Source: Mobula hypostoma (taxonomy: Eukaryota). From it: a stretch of DNA of 64,000 nucleotides. The translations under genes and the position numbers were made by a program. Positions within the stretch are counted from its first letter, which is position 1. Each line of letters opens with the position of its first letter. Under the pieces are notes generated by a model. That model was not told the origin of the DNA. It did no database searches and worked only from the letters and a program-made list of their open reading frames with translations. Positions 35,230 through 49,270 of the stretch are shown in pieces. The stretch spans positions 15,748,001-15,812,000 of the forward strand of contig NC_086101.1 of the NCBI RefSeq assembly GCF_963921235.1. Direction: 5' to 3'.

Positions 35230-38030
35230 CGACTACTGTCTAAAGCGGACATTAAGACCTCTTGCGTCCTTTGCAGTCAGCAATTCGAATAGACGGGTTC
35301 ACTCTACACCGCCAAGAGAGGTCTGTGGAGTCCCTCTGAAGCTGAGGTGGAGGATATGTTTCATGACCCGTCCCTCCCGGTGTAACACACAGCAGTGATT
35401 TCCCTCTCCTGTTCACCAGACCTGGAATACCTCGCAGTGAAGTGTCGTCCATTTCACCTGTCGTGGGAGATTTCAGCGATCATTCTGGTAGCGGTGTGCA
35501 TTCCACTTCGGGCCAGTGTCAAACAGGTTCTGGCAGAACTGAGCGATGCAATCAATAGACATGAAATCGCTCATCCTGATGCCTTCCCCATCATTTTGGG
35601 GGATTTTATTTGGGCCAGCTAGAAAAATCACTAAATGACTATTATTAACAAATCACAAGTAGTACCAATGGAAATAATACACTGGATCAAGAGTGCTTAC
35701 TGTGCTATTCCGCGTCCACAGTTGGAAAGTCTGATCACCTGGCTATCCTTCTACTCCCCGAGTACAGGGTGAGACTGTAGACCGCAGCACCAGTAGTGAG
35801 GACCAAGAAGGTATGGACAGGAAGCACAGCAGCGCCTACAGGACTGCTTTGAATCGGTGGACTGGACTGTGTCCAGGGATTCACCTTCGAACCTAGATGG
35901 GTGCGGCACAGCTGTCACCATCTTCATTAAAACTTGTGTGGATGAGTGTTTGCCTGCCAAAACTTACTGTACCTTTCTAAACCAAAAGCCGTGGATGAAC
36001 CAGGAGGTTCGTAGTGGGCTGGAGTTGTGACTTTCAAGTCTGGTGACCCAGGCCGTACAAGAAAACAAGCGAGCCAGGTATTGACTTGCGGAGAGCTATT
36101 TTAATAGCGAAAAAAAACTATTCCGAGCGACGTTGGAGGCGTCATCGGATGCTCGTCAACTCAGGCAGGGTTTGCAGGACATTACTTCCTCCAAAGCAAA
36201 ACCTCACATCATGAATAGCAGCGATGTTTGACTACCAGACGAGCTCAATACCTTTAATGGTCGCTTTGAAAGGGAGAATAAAACCTCAGCTATGCGGATC
36301 CTTGCAGCACCGGTGACCCCGTGACCTCTGCGTCGAGGCCGACGCCAAGCTGTCCTTCAAGAGGGTGAGCCATCGCAAGGCGGCAGGCCGCAATGGGGTA
36401 CCTAGTAAGGCTGTGACAACCTGTGCCAACCAACTGGCGGCTGTACTCAAAGACATTTCCAATCTGTCATTGCTGCGGTCCGAAGTTCCCACCAGCTTCA
36501 AAAGGGCAACAATTATTCCAGTGCCCAAGAAGAGCAGCCGCCTTCGCGACCATCAAGTTTCACTCACATCTACGGTAATGAAACGCTTTGAGAAGTTGAT
36601 CAATGCTAAATCAGCATCTGTGTCAGGAAGGACCTGAATCCACTGCCATTTGCTTATCGCCACAATAGGTCCATGGCAGACGCGATCTCAGTGGCTCTCC
36701 ACGCGGCCATGGTTCACCTGGACAGTGTAAGTATCTATATCTATGTTTGTTGACTATAGCTCAGCACTTAATGCCATCATTCCTACAGTCCTGATAGAAA
36801 AGTTTCAGAACATCGGCCTCTGTACCTCCCTCTGCAAATGGATCCTCGACTTCCTAACCAGAAGACCACAATCAGAGCGGATTGCAAACAATACCTCCAC
36901 CTCGCTGACAATCAACACTGGCCCACCTCAGGGATGTGTGGTTAGCCCACTGCTCTACTCTCTCTATACCCATCACCGTGTGGCTTGGCATTGGCAAAAT
37001 GCCATCTACTGTATCAGCTTGCTGGTGTTATTACCATTGTTGGTTCCAAGGTCGTCAAGCCGAGAGGTGGTAGTGAGGACAAGCTCTCACTACCTAAAAG
37101 TGCTCCTCACAGCATGCACCTCAAATAACCCCTGACAACCAAATCCAGCTCCTGGTCTTCTCGTGTGACTTAGCCTCTAAGCCCGGCGGAACTGTTTCTG
37201 CTGATAGGAGAAGGGGCGAAGGAAGGTCCTGGCATCTTAAAACCAGTGCTTTGGGTAGATGGAGCTTGTCATCCTGGGAAGGCAGTCCATCCAAGAGAGG
37301 GAAAACCCTGATTTCAAACCTCTGCTGCCTTGCGGCCAAACCCACTCATGGGAAAGGTGTCGGGAGTAAACCCTGAGGACAAATCTGGAGCTGGAATCCC
37401 TGAGGCAGTCCGACATTGCCTTCAACCTCGTTCTGGCAACTCCTGTGATGTCACTGGTGCCAAGCTGTATCGGCCCTTGCCCTTCCGTTGGACAACATCG
37501 GTGGCGTGGAGAGGGGAGACTTGCTGCTTGGGCAACAGCCGGTCTTCCATACATCCTTGCCTAGGCCTGCGCCCTGGAGAGACTGAAGCAAGACTTTCCA
37601 GGCGCATATCCATGGTCTCGCGAGACTAACAGATGCCATCCAATTACCATTGTTGGCAGAACCTCAGATGGTGATGAAAGGTTGTACAGGAGCAGGATAT
37701 ACCAGCCAGTTGAGTGGTGTCGTAGCAACAACCTGTACTCAACATTAGCAAAACCGAAGAGCTGATTGTGGACTCTCAAAATGGGCAAGACAAGGAAACA
37801 CAAACCCATCCTTATAGAAGGATCAGAAGTGGAGAAAGTTAGCAATTTCAATTTCCTGGGTGTCAATATCTCTGAGGATCTAAGCTGGTTGCAACATAGT
37901 GATGCAGCTATAAAGAAGGCGAGACAGCAGCTATGCTTCATATAGAGTTTGAGCAGATTTGGCTTGTTACCTAAAACCCTTGAAAAATTCTACAGGTGTA
38001 CCACAGAGAGCATGCTGACTGGTATGGGCA
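35230..38030 (+). mobile_element. Rex1/Babar-clade LINE ORF2 (APE-RT), degenerate and split by an insertion
   Basis: LEYLAVKCRPF...IILGDF; KAAG..GVP...CANQLA; FVDYSSA.N.IIP...TG.PQGCV.SPLLYSLYTH. Confidence 0.85.
37044..37642 (+). mobile_element. 599-bp non-coding retroelement with RTE-like 3' tail and 14-bp TSD (partial relative at about 44100-44535)
   Basis: attaccattgttgg at 37030-37043 and 37643-37656; tail ccatggtctcgcgagactaacagatgcc. Confidence 0.7.
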
Positions 38031-38640
38031 GGAGGCAAGGGGAGGTGCTTGTAAACGTTAACTGTTGCCTAGTGCATGGTTTTTCCAGTGCTTTCTGATT
38101 TTATTAGGAGTTAAGAGAGATTCCCTAGTTCATAGCAGTCCCCAATCTATAAATGGAGGGATTACAGAAATTTTCCACAGCCCAAAACAGATACTCCCTG
38201 GATACTAGCCAGAACAGCTAACAATTAATAAAGGTATAATTCTAACTCTATGTTTGTTTTTTATCAGTTAATTTATCTGAAATCTCACATGCGTCTGAAA
38301 TGACTACACCCTGCTGATAAATTCGACTTCCTTGCAGATGTCAACTAACTTTGCATTAGATGTTTACCCCTATCCCACCCTTTCCTGTCTCACAGCACCT
38401 GGTCTTAGGCCGCTTGTAAAAATAGACCCTCAGTGTACGGCCGCTGAGGTAGCGGTCTGAAGAACTGATGCAGGCAAACTACCCGCTCTCTGTTCAACCC
38501 AGTGAGAAGCCGGTCTGACTGACCGCATCACAGAGCTCAGAGACCAGCAAATGAACTGGTTATTTTTATTAACGCAGAGGATGAGGCAATCTGCAGCATA
38601 AACACAAAATAATCTGCAGATGCTGGGGTCAAAGCAACGC

Positions 38641-39397
38641 TCACAACACGCTGGAGGAACTCAGCAGGTCGGGCAGCATCCGTGGAAAAGATTGGTCGTC
38701 GTTTCGGGCCGGAACCCTTCGTCAGGACTGTAGAGGGAAGGGGCAGAGGCCCTATAAAGAAGGTGGGGGGAGGGTGAGAAGGAGAAGGCTGGTAGGTTCC
38801 AGGTGAAAAACCAGTAAGGGGAAAGATAAAAGGGTGGGGGAGGGGAAGCAGGGAGGTGATAGGCAGGAAAGGTGAAGAAAGAATACGGGAAAACACAATG
38901 GGTAGTTGAAGGAAGCGGAACCATGAGGGAGGTGATAGGCAGCTGGGGGAGGGGGCAGAGTGACATAGGGATAGGGGAAGGGAGGGGGAGGGAATTACCG
39001 GAAGTTGGAGAATTCTATGTTCATAATTCTCCAACTTCCGGTAATTCCCTCCCCCTCCTTTCACCTATCCCTCTGTCACTCTGCACCCTCCCCCAGCTGC
39101 CCATCACCTCCTTCATGGTTCCGCCTCCTCCTACTACCCATTGTGTTTTCCCCTATTCTTTCTTCTCTATCCTGCCCATCACCTCCCGGCCTCCCTTCCC
39201 CCACCCCTTTATCTTTCCCCTTACTGGTTTTTCACCTGGAACCTACCAGCCTTCTCCTTCCCACCCTCCCCCCACCTTCTTTATAGGGCCTCTGCCCCTT
39301 CCCCTTACAGTCCTGACGAAGGGTTCCGGCCGGAAACGACGACCAATCTTTTCCACGGATGCTGCCCGACCTGCTGAGTTCCTCCAGCGTGTTGTGA
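38641..39397. repeat. Long inverted repeat of Penelope-like terminal repeats (arms about 374 bp, 10-bp spacer)
   Basis: 38641-39014 is the reverse complement of 39025-39397 at roughly 90% identity by eye. Confidence 0.9.
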
Positions 39398-39479
39398 ATC
39401 TGCAGCGTGATGGTGGTCAGCACAGGAAGGTTGGAGTGGACAGAGTCAGGGTGGGGGTTTTGAGGCTTTAGATCTTTGA

Positions 39480-42400
39480 GGCTTCAGCGAGGAGAGAGCA
39501 GTCAGAGAAGGCAAAGAAAAGCTATAAGTTGACACCTCCCACCCCCGCCACACAGTTTATTGTTCATCCTTCTTTATATTGTTCAGTTAGAACTGTAGAG
39601 ATGCCAGGTGGGATTCTTGCAAGACGTGGGAAGACTGGGAGCCTTTGGAGTGACGGCAACATCTGCAAGAAATGCACCCAGCTGCAGCTTCTATCAATCT
39701 GCGTTAGGAACAGGATTAACTCCTGATCATTTGGGAGGCTGAGGGGGTGATAGACAGGACATATAGAGAGATAGTGCAGGACACAGGAAACTTGGTGACA
39801 GTGAGGAAGGGAAAAGACGTTAAAGAGCCAGTAGAGAGTAACCTTGTGGTGATCCCCCTCAACAGCAGGTCTATCATTTTGGATACTGTTGGGGGATAAC
39901 CTAGAAGAGGAAAGTCTCAGCGGTAGGGATTCTGGTACTGAGTTTGGCTCTGGGAAGGGAGGTAGGAGAAGAAGTGAGCTGTGGTGATAGGAGATTTTTT
40001 TAGTCGGTGGAAACAGAAAGGAGGTTCTGTGAACTAGAAAGAGATTTCCATATGGAATGTTGCCTGCCGGCTTCCAGGGTCTAGGACATCTCGGGCTGAA
40101 TCTTCAACATTCAGAAGTTGGAGGTTGGATTGTAAACAGCCAGAGGTTGTGGTCCATGGATGTACCAATGACATGGGTAGGATGAATGATGCGGGTTGTG
40201 ATATCGGGATTGCTAATTAGGCCAGAAATAGAAAGATTATATAGTTTAACATGTGGATGAAGAGTTGGAGTAGCAGGAAGAGCGTAAGATGTTTGGATAT
40301 CTTACATGGAAGGTGAGACCTGTACAGAAGAGACAGTTTGCACCTGAACTGAAAGGGGACTATTAGCCTAGTGGGAAGGTTTGTTAATGCTGCACGGCGG
40401 GTTTAAACTAGAGTTGCAGGGGGATGGGAACCAGAGTACCAGAACAGATAGTGGAGTGGTTGTGGAGACAGAAATCGTTAAGACATCAGGACAAAGTCTG
40501 GAATCAACAGTTTGAGCATGGTGCGACCAATGTTCTGAGCTGCGTATATTTTATTGCAAGAAGTATCGAGAAAGGGGATGAGCCAGAGGCATGGATTAAC
40601 ACCTGGAATTATGATATTGTAGCCGTTATTGTGTTTTGGAGAGGCAGGACTGGCATCTCAATATTCTGGGGTTGCGTTATTTTTGTGGCAACAGAGGGAC
40701 TAAAGGAGCAGGCTCGACTTACTAGTCAGGGAAAATGTCACAGCAGTGCCCTGTCAAGACAGACTGGAGGACCCAACCAGTGAAGCGTTTTGGGTGGAAC
40801 CAAGAAATAAGAAGGGTGTGACTACTTTAATGGGGTTACCACAAATGGGCTACCCAACAGTCTGAGGTATTTAGAGGAACAAATCTGTAGAGAGATTGCA
40901 AACTATTTCAAGAGACATAAGGTTGTTATAGTGGGAGTCCTTCACAAGTGAAAATTTGGGAGTACAAAGCTTGTGTGTGCCTGTCAGGATAAAAGGTACA
41001 GAAAACAAATGTAGGGAAACTTTATTTTCAAGACGTATAGAGTCCCTGTTTAGGAGAAAAAGAAGGTGCAAAGCAGGTATAGACAGTTAGGAAGAAATGA
41101 GGTGCTTATGGAGTATACAAAATACAGAACACTTAAGGAAGAAATCAGCAGGGATAAAAGAAGACATGAAGTTGCCCAAGCAGGCAAAGTGAATGAGAAT
41201 CCCAAGGGTTTCTACAGATATGCTAAGATCAAAAGGATTACAAGGGACAAAACTGGTCCTCCGAATAATCAGAATGGTAATCCATGTATGGAGCCAAAAC
41301 AGATGGTGGAGATCTTACATATTTTTTTTTTGCATCTATTTTCTCAGGAGACGGACGCATACTATAGAAGTGAGACAAAGTGGCATCAACTTCATGGACC
41401 CTATACAGATCACAGAGGAGGAGCTGTTTGCTGATCTGAGACAAATCAGGGCAGATAAATCTCCAGGGCCTAACAAGGAGTTCCCTCAGACCCTCTGGGA
41501 GCAAGTGTAGAAATTGTCGGGGCCCTAGCAGAGATATTTAAATCATCCTTATTGACAGGAGAGGTAACAGAAGATTGAAGGATAGCCTGCTGTTCTAGAG
41601 AAGCCCTAAAGATAAACTACAAAATTACAGTACCGATACCCTGACATCAGTAGTGGAACATTTATTGGAAGGTATTCTAAGGGAATTATTTGAGTATTTC
41701 GATTGACACGGACTGATTCGATAGTCAGTATGTCTTAATGTGTGGTAGGTGATGTCAAACAAATCTTATATAGGTTTTTGAGGAAGTTACCAGAAAAGCT
41801 GATGAAGGCAAGGGAGTGGATGTTGTGTATATGGACTTCAGCCAGGTATTTGACAATATCCTGCATGGGACAATGGTCAAAAATGTACAGTGACTCGGCA
41901 ATCAAGATGGAGTAGTAAATCATATTTGATATTAGCTTTGTGGGAGAAGCCATAGTGTGGTAGCAGATGGTTGCCTCTCTGACTGGAGGCCTGGGGCTAG
42001 TAGAGTGCTGCAGGGAATGGTGCTGGGCCCGTTGTTATTTGTCATCTACATCAACGATCTAGATGACAATGCATTGAACTGGAGCTGTAAATTTCCTGAT
42101 TACGCCAAAATTGGGAGTGTAGGGGACAGGGAGGAAAGCTATTATGGTCCTGGGTTCTGGACCAGCTGAAAAAAATTGGCTGAAAATGGCAGAAGGAATT
42201 GAATGCAGACAAGTGCAAGATGTTGCACTTTGGTAGGACCAGCCAGGGCAGGTCTTACTCATTGAGCAGTAGGACACTGAGTAATGTGGTAGCACAACGG
42301 GATCTGGAATGCAGGTTCATCATTCATTGAAAGTCATGTCACAGGTAGACAGGGTCGTAAAGAAAGCTTTTTGCACATTTGGCCTTCATAAATCAACATA

Positions 42401-42720
42401 TTGAGTACAGGAGGTGGGATGTTACGTTGAAGTTGTATAAGACATTGGAGAGGCCTAATGTAGAGTTTTCTGTGCAGTTTTGGTCACCTATCTACAGGAA
42501 AGATGTAAATAAAGTTGAAATCGTACAGAGAAAATTCATGAAGAGTTATAAGGAACGATTAAATAAGTTAGTCCTTGGAATTTAGAAGATTAAGTGAAGA
42601 TTTGATCGAGGTAGACAACATTTTAAGGGGTATAGATAGGGTAAACGGAAGCAGGGTTTCCCCACTGAGGTTGGGTGGAACTACAAATATAGGAAACGGA
42701 TTGAGGGTGAAATGTAAAAA
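39480..42720 (+). mobile_element. Old, near full-span CR1 LINE with internal deletions (ORF1-like, APE, RT)
   Basis: Degenerate RT translations (ORFs 41193..41510, 41957..42169, 42379..42585, 42575..43015); ORF1-like segment near 39990-40300. Confidence 0.8.
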
Positions 42721-42744
42721 GTTTACAGGGAACATGAGTGAAGA

Positions 42745-42910
42745 AGTTTCTCTCTCTCTCTCTCCCCTCTCCCCTCTCTCTCTCTTCCCCTGTCTCTTCT
42801 CCCCTCTCTCCCCTTTCCCCTGTCTCTTCTCCCCTCTCTCCCCTCTCCTCTCTCTCTCTCTCTCCCCTCCTCTCCCTCCCCTCCCTCCCACTCTCCCTCA
42901 CTCTCTCACT
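42745..42910. repeat. CT-rich low-complexity repeat; a (CA)n microsatellite lies at about 43290-43337
   Basis: Read directly from the sequence. Confidence 0.95.
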
Positions 42911-43302
42911 CCGAGGATGATTTGCTTCCACTTCAGGTTTTCCGGTTCTGTGGTGGACAATGAGTCCAAAATGCGAACCGCTCACACTTTAATGGAAAGT
43001 ATAGGATGTGCCTGATGTGAGTAAGTTGGTGCGTGTTTGTGAACAGGGATATATAGGTACTAACAGATAGACACATGGTACCCCCCTCTCCCCTCCCCCA
43101 GGATAATGACATAAAAATTGCAGCATGTTCACACAGGCAGGCTTCGCACGTATGATACATGATGCTATTAATATAGATGTATTCACGCTACCAAAAATAA
43201 GTTCAGCTTTGTTATAAAGTCTGCAGAGTCACTTGCATGATCTAAAGCTTTGCAGGTACCGAGTTACAGAGAAATAGTCATGCGCACGCGCACACACACA
43301 TG

Positions 43303-43339
<37 letters not shown>

Positions 43340-43467
43340 GGACCGAGAAACGCGTCCGGCGCACACGCACACATATACAAGCACACAGAGACATGTGCAC
43401 ATAGACACACAATATAATGCAGTATGCTATCGAAATATAATGTTAATGCATATAAGAATAATATGCA

Positions 43468-44060
43468 TATAGAAACATAGAAACATAGAAAATAGGTGCA
43501 GGAGTAGGCCATTCGGCCCTTCGAGCCTGCACCGCCATTTATTATGATCATGGCTGATCATCCAACTCAGAACCCCGCCCCAGCCTTCCCTCCATACCCC
43601 CTGACCCCCGTAGCCACAAGGGCCATATCTAACTCCCTCTTAAATATAGCCAATGAACTGGCCTCAACTGTTTCCTGTGGCAGAGAATTCCACAGATTCA
43701 CCACTCTCTGTGTGAAGAAGTTTTTCCTAATCTCGGTCCTAAAAGGCTTCCCCTCTATCCTCAAACTGTGGCCCCTCGTTCTGGACTTCCCCAACATCGG
43801 GAACAATCTTCCTGCATCTAGCCTGTCCAATCCCTTTAGGATCTTATACATTTCAATCAGATCCCCCCTCAATCTTCTAAATTCCAACGAGTACAAGCCC
43901 AGTTCATCCAGTCTTTCTTCATATGAAAGTCCTGCCATCCCAGGAATCAATCTGGTGAACCTTCTTTGTACTCCCTCTAAGGCAAGGATGTCTTTCCTCA
44001 GATTAGGGGACCAAAACTGCACACAATACTCCATGTGTGGTCTCACCAAGGCCTTGTAAT
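43468..44060 (-). mobile_element. Relatively well-preserved CR1 3' end
   Basis: ORF 43567..44103 (YKALVRPHMEYCVQFWSP...LYSLEFRRLRGDLIE) with atagaaac tail repeats. Confidence 0.92.
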
Positions 44061-44744
44061 ATATAATAATATATAATAATATCATACATATTATTTGCAC
44101 CATTTCTACTGACAGGAGAAGGATAAAGGTGGGTTATTGGCACCTTAAAACCTGTTCCTCTGGGCGGATGGGGCTCGCCAGCCATGGTTGGCAGCTCATC
44201 CAGGAAAAAGTAAAACTCTGATCTCAAACCTCCGCTGCCTTGCAGCTATACCCTCTCATGGGGAAGGCTTTGGGAGTAAACCCAGACGGAAAAATCCAGA
44301 GCTGGAGTCCCTAAGGCAACCCTCCATTGAGCTGACACATTTATTTGAACCAAACTGAGTTCAATGCTGACTGATGCTCTTGCTACGCTTGTGGTATCGA
44401 TCTCTACTGTTCCTTTGGGTTCATCAGATGCATGGAGAGGGGGAACTTGCTCTCCATATAGTACTGCCCTGGCTTGCTTACCTAGACAGCTAGGACGCAA
44501 TATCCATGGTGAACTCTGTCCGACGGAGGCCACAACTCAACCCAACTCAAAGTTCATCCCAAAGGAGGATGCAGAGGGGCAGCTTTCCTCTCATTCAGGT
44601 GGACAATTGGGTACTTCGTAGCAGAGGAATTGTCTCCACCTGAGACGCTGACTGCCCATTTCCCTCCACAGGTTCAACCTGACCCAGTGAGGGGTTCTTC
44701 AGCACCTTTGTGTGGTGTTGGGTTTTCCAGAGCATAGCGCAACA

Positions 44745-44762
44745 TTGCCCCCTGCTGGCCGG
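44745..44762 (-). promoter_or_regulatory. CTCF-like binding motif
   Basis: Minus strand ccGGCCAGCAGGGGGCAA matches the CTCF core CCA(C/G)(C/T)AG(A/G)(G/T)GGC; lies in non-repetitive sequence. Confidence 0.5.
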
Positions 44763-45329
44763 CACCCTTTCACTGCAACTCTGTCCTCTACTGACGGGAG
44801 AGCAGCACTAATGGACCAGAGGGGAGAAAAGCACATCTCACTTTGTCTCTTTTCAAGGTTTAACAGTTCAAAGTAAATTATTATTATCACAGTATATATA
44901 CCATATGCAACCCTGAAATGGAGATTATTGCAGGCAGCCGCAAAACAAGAAAAGCATGGTAGAATACACAATTAAAAAAAACCCTACACAACCAAGACAT
45001 TCAAACGTCCAATGTACGAAAAAAGAACAAATTATGCAAACAATAAAAAGTAAACAAGTAACAGATAGAACATGAACCGCAGAGTCCCCGAAAGTAAGTC
45101 CATGGCCACAGAGCCAGTTTAGTGCTGAGAACCTCACGGAGTAGTGAGCTGAACACTGGTTTGTCCCTTGCACTGGCCTCGACACCTTAATCTTTTTAAT
45201 CAGGTTCGGCGCTTAAATCGGCTAAATATTGTTTTTTCGCTCTTGGGCCTGAATTCTGCTCCAGCCATGGCTGCTGCAATCATACCTGCATTCGATGTCC
45301 AGTTTGCTGAATCCTTCAGGATACCGCAA

Positions 45330-47760
45330 ACATGCTACAGATGGTACAGTGTACAGGAGATAGATACAGCTGCCAGTTGAGTGGTGTCATACCAACAACC
45401 TGGCACTCAAACATCAGTAAGACCAAAGAGCTGACTGTGGACTTCAGGAAGGGTAAAGTGAGGGATCACAAACCAATTCTCATAGAGGGATCGTAAGTGG
45501 GGAGAGTGTAAGTTCCAATGTGTGAAGATGTCAGAAGATCAAACCCAGTCCCGACATATCGATGCAGCTATAAAGAAGGCATGGCAGCGGTTATATTTCA
45601 TTACGAGTTTGAAGAGATTTGGTTTGTCAAGTAAAACACTCGAAAACTTCTATAGATACACTGCGGAGAGTAATCTGACAGGCTGCATCACAGTCTGGTC
45701 TGCAGGGGTGTGGCAGTGACTGCACAGGACTGATGAAGCTTCACAAAGTTGCAAAATTCGTCAGCTCCATCTAGGGCACAAGCTTCCATAGTACACACGA
45801 CATCTTCAGGACATGGTGCCTTAGAAAGCCAACGTCCATTATTCAGGAGCCCCATCACCCAGGGCATGCTCTCTGTCTCATTATTACTGTCAGGAAGGAG
45901 GCACCAAAGCCCAAAGGCATGCACTCAGTGATTCAATAACAGCTTCTCTCCTCTGCCATCTGATTCCTAAATGAACATTGTACCCATGAACACTACCTCC
46001 CTCTTTAAAAATACGTATGATTTCTGTTTTTGCCTTATTTTAATCTCGTCAATATACATTTACTGTATTGAAATTGAATTGACTTGACTTTATTACTTAC
46101 ATGAGGAGTAAAAATCTTTACGTTATGTCTCCGTCTAAGTGTGCAGTGTACAATTTCTGGTCATTTATAATAAATAATATGTACAACAGGACAGTCAATC
46201 TAACACAGAAATTCAATTGTATCAGCATGAATTAATCAGTCTGATGGCCTGGTGGAAGAAGCTGTCGCAAAGCCTGTTGGTCCTGGCTTCACGGAGGGCC
46301 TCACTTGGTCTGTGCACACCAGCTGTGTGGTGAAAGAGGCACAACAATGCCTCTTTCACCTCAGACGGTTGAGGAAGTTTGGTATAGGCCCCTAAATCCT
46401 AAGAAATTTCTAAAGGGGCACAATTGGGAGCATCCTGACTGGCTGCATCATTGCCTGGTATGGGAACTATACCCCCCTTAAACGCAGGTCCCTGCAGAGA
46501 GTGGTGCGGACAGCCCAGCGTATCTGTAGTCGTGAACTTCTCATGATTCAGGACATCTACAGACCAGGTGGGTAAAAAGGGCCTGTAGGATCATTGGTTA
46601 ACCCAAGCCATCCCAACCAGAATCTATTCCAACTGCTACCATCCGGGAAGCGGTACTGCAGCATAAAAGCCAGGAACAACAGGCTCTGGGACAGCTTCTT
46701 CCATCAGAATGATGAACTCACACTGACTTGAGTGTATTCTATATTGCACTGACTGTTCTATTTATTATAAATTACTATGATTGCACATTGTACATTTAGA
46801 TGCAGTTGAAACGTAAAGATGTGTACTACTCATGTATGTGAAGAATGTAAGAAATAAACTCAATTCAATTCAATTTTGTGCTGCAGTGTCGTTTCCCGGA
46901 TGGTAGCAGCTGGAACAGTTTGTGGTTGGGGTGATTCGGGTCCCCAGTGACCCTTTGGGCCCTTTTTACACACTTGTCTTGGTAAATGTTCTGAATAGTG
47001 GGAAGTTCACATCTACAGATGCGCTGGGCTGTCCACACCGCTCTCTGCAGAGTCCTGCGATTGAGGGAGGTACAGTTCCCATACCAGGCAGTGAAGCAGC
47101 CAGTCAGGATGCTCTCAATTGTGCCCCTTTTGAAAGTTCTTAGGATTTGGGGGCGCATACCAAACTTCCTAAACCTCCTGAGTTGAAAGAGGCACTGTTC
47201 TGCCTTTCTTGCCACATAGAGGGTATGTACAGACCATGTGAGATTCTGGGTGATGTTTATGCTGCGGAGTTTAAAGCTGTTCACCCTCTCAATCCCAAAT
47301 CCATTGATGTCAATAGGGATTAGCCTGTCTCCATTCCTCCTTAGTCCACAACCAGCTCCTTTATTTTTGCGACATTGAGGGAGAGGTTGTTTTCTTCACA
47401 CCACTGGGTCAGCGTGATGACTTCTTCACTGTAGACTGCTTAATTATTATTTGAGATAAGGCCAATCAATGTAGTATTATCTACAAATTTAATTGGCAGG
47501 TTGGAACTGTGGGTAGTGACACAGTCATGAATATACAGAAAGTAAAGGAGGTGGCTTAGTACACTGGCATGAGTGGCACCTCTATTGAGGGTCAGAGGGG
47601 AAAGGTGAGGGAGGCCACTTGTACCACATGCTGGCGATCTGACAGGAAGTCCAGGATCCAACAACACAAGGCAGCGTGAAATCTGAGGGTTCTGAACTTC
47701 TTGTCGAGCCTGGAGGGAATTTTGGTGTTGAATGCTGAACTGTAGCCCAAGAACAGCATT
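45330..47760. mobile_element. Cluster of Rex1-like 3' fragments; a plus copy and a minus copy meet tail-to-tail near 46860
   Basis: ORF 46865..47284 (LRRFRKFGM.PQIL..F.RGTIESILTGC.TAWYGNC) and similar plus-strand segments. Confidence 0.8.
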
Positions 47761-47959
47761 TTATTTATGCTACAGTAATTTATTTATTTACTTACTTTTT
47801 CATGTATACTGCTAAGATAACAAATTTCATGACACATGCCAGTGATAATAAACCTGATTCTGATTTAAACACACAGCTTCCAAAAGGAAATTTCAGACTG
47901 CGGAATGCAGTGATTGTCGTCCAGAAAATATATATTTAATAGAATAGTTTTGTTTACAT

Positions 47960-49000
47960 GCAAAAATCTGCAGATGATGGAAATCCAAAGCAACACACAC
48001 AAAATGCTGCAGGAACTCAGCAAGTGAGACAGTATCTATGGAAATGAATAAACTGTTGATGTTTCGGGCCGAAATCCTTCTTCAGGATTGGAATACAATG
48101 GGGAAGACACCAAAATAAGAAGGTGGGTGTAAGGGAAAGAAGCTAGCTCGAAGGTAATAGGTGAAGGCAGGTGGGTTGGAAAGATAAAGGGCTGGAGGAG
48201 AAGGAATCTGATAAGGAGAGGAGGGTGGACCATAGGAGAAAGGGAAGAAGAGGGAAGCCAGGGGGAAGTAATAGGCAGGTGAGAAGAGGTAATAGGCCAG
48301 AGTGGGGAATAGAGAGGAGGGGAGGCGGAGGGATTTTTTCTATTGGAAGGAAAATCAGTACTCATGCCATTTGGCTGGAGGGTACCCAAACAGAATATAA
48401 GGTGTTGCCACTCCACCCAGGGGGTGGCGTCATCGAGGCACAAGAGACCATGGACCAACATGTAGGAATGGGACTGGGTGTGGAATTAAAATGTTTGGCC
48501 ACCGGGAAGTTCCGTTTTTGGTGGATGGAGTGGAGGTGCTCGATAAAGTGGCACCCCTCCCCCAATTTACGACAGGTCTCACCAGTGTAGAGCAGGCCAC
48601 AGAAGAAGAAGTGGACACAATAGACAAACTCAACAGATTTGCAGGTGAAGTCTTCCTCACCTGGAAAGACAGTTTGGGGCCCTGAATCGAGATGAAGGAG
48701 GAGGCGAATAGGCAGGTGTAGCACTTTAGCTGCTAACAGTGATAAGTGCTGGGAGGGAGATTAGTGGTGAGGGATGAATAGACAAGGGAATTGCAGATGG
48801 AGTGATCCCTGTGGAGGTAAAGATATGTTCAGTGATAGAATTCTGTTGGAGATGGCCTATCTGATTAGAGGTAGGGTCCTGTTGGAGATGGCAGATATGT
48901 TCAGTGGTAGGATCCTTTTGGAGGTGGCGGATATGTTCAGTGCTGGGATCACATAGAAGATGCTGGATATGTGTAGTGGTAGGATTCTGATGTAGTTGGT
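47960..49000 (-). mobile_element. Penelope-like element fragment (GIY-YIG)
   Basis: ORF 48362..48724 (FTCKS...VYC...CGLLYTGET.RKL...F.EHL.SI). Confidence 0.8.
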
Positions 49001-49270
49001 GGAAATTAGTTTTGTTTGTTGCTCACAAAATGTATCACCAGTAACATCTTGGAACCTGGGACGGGGCAGACAGGCAGAGAAGGAAGTAGAAAATTGGCTT
49101 TAATATACAAAACACTGCAGGCGCTCATCCGATTAACACAACATGGTGATTTAGATTCAACGAGTCATAGAGGACGATAGGACAGTGCCAGTTCCTAGTA
49201 GGTTCTAGGATCCAGATTCCAAGTTTTCCTATGGAGAGAATGGACTATTAATGTTTCTGGTCAAGACCAT

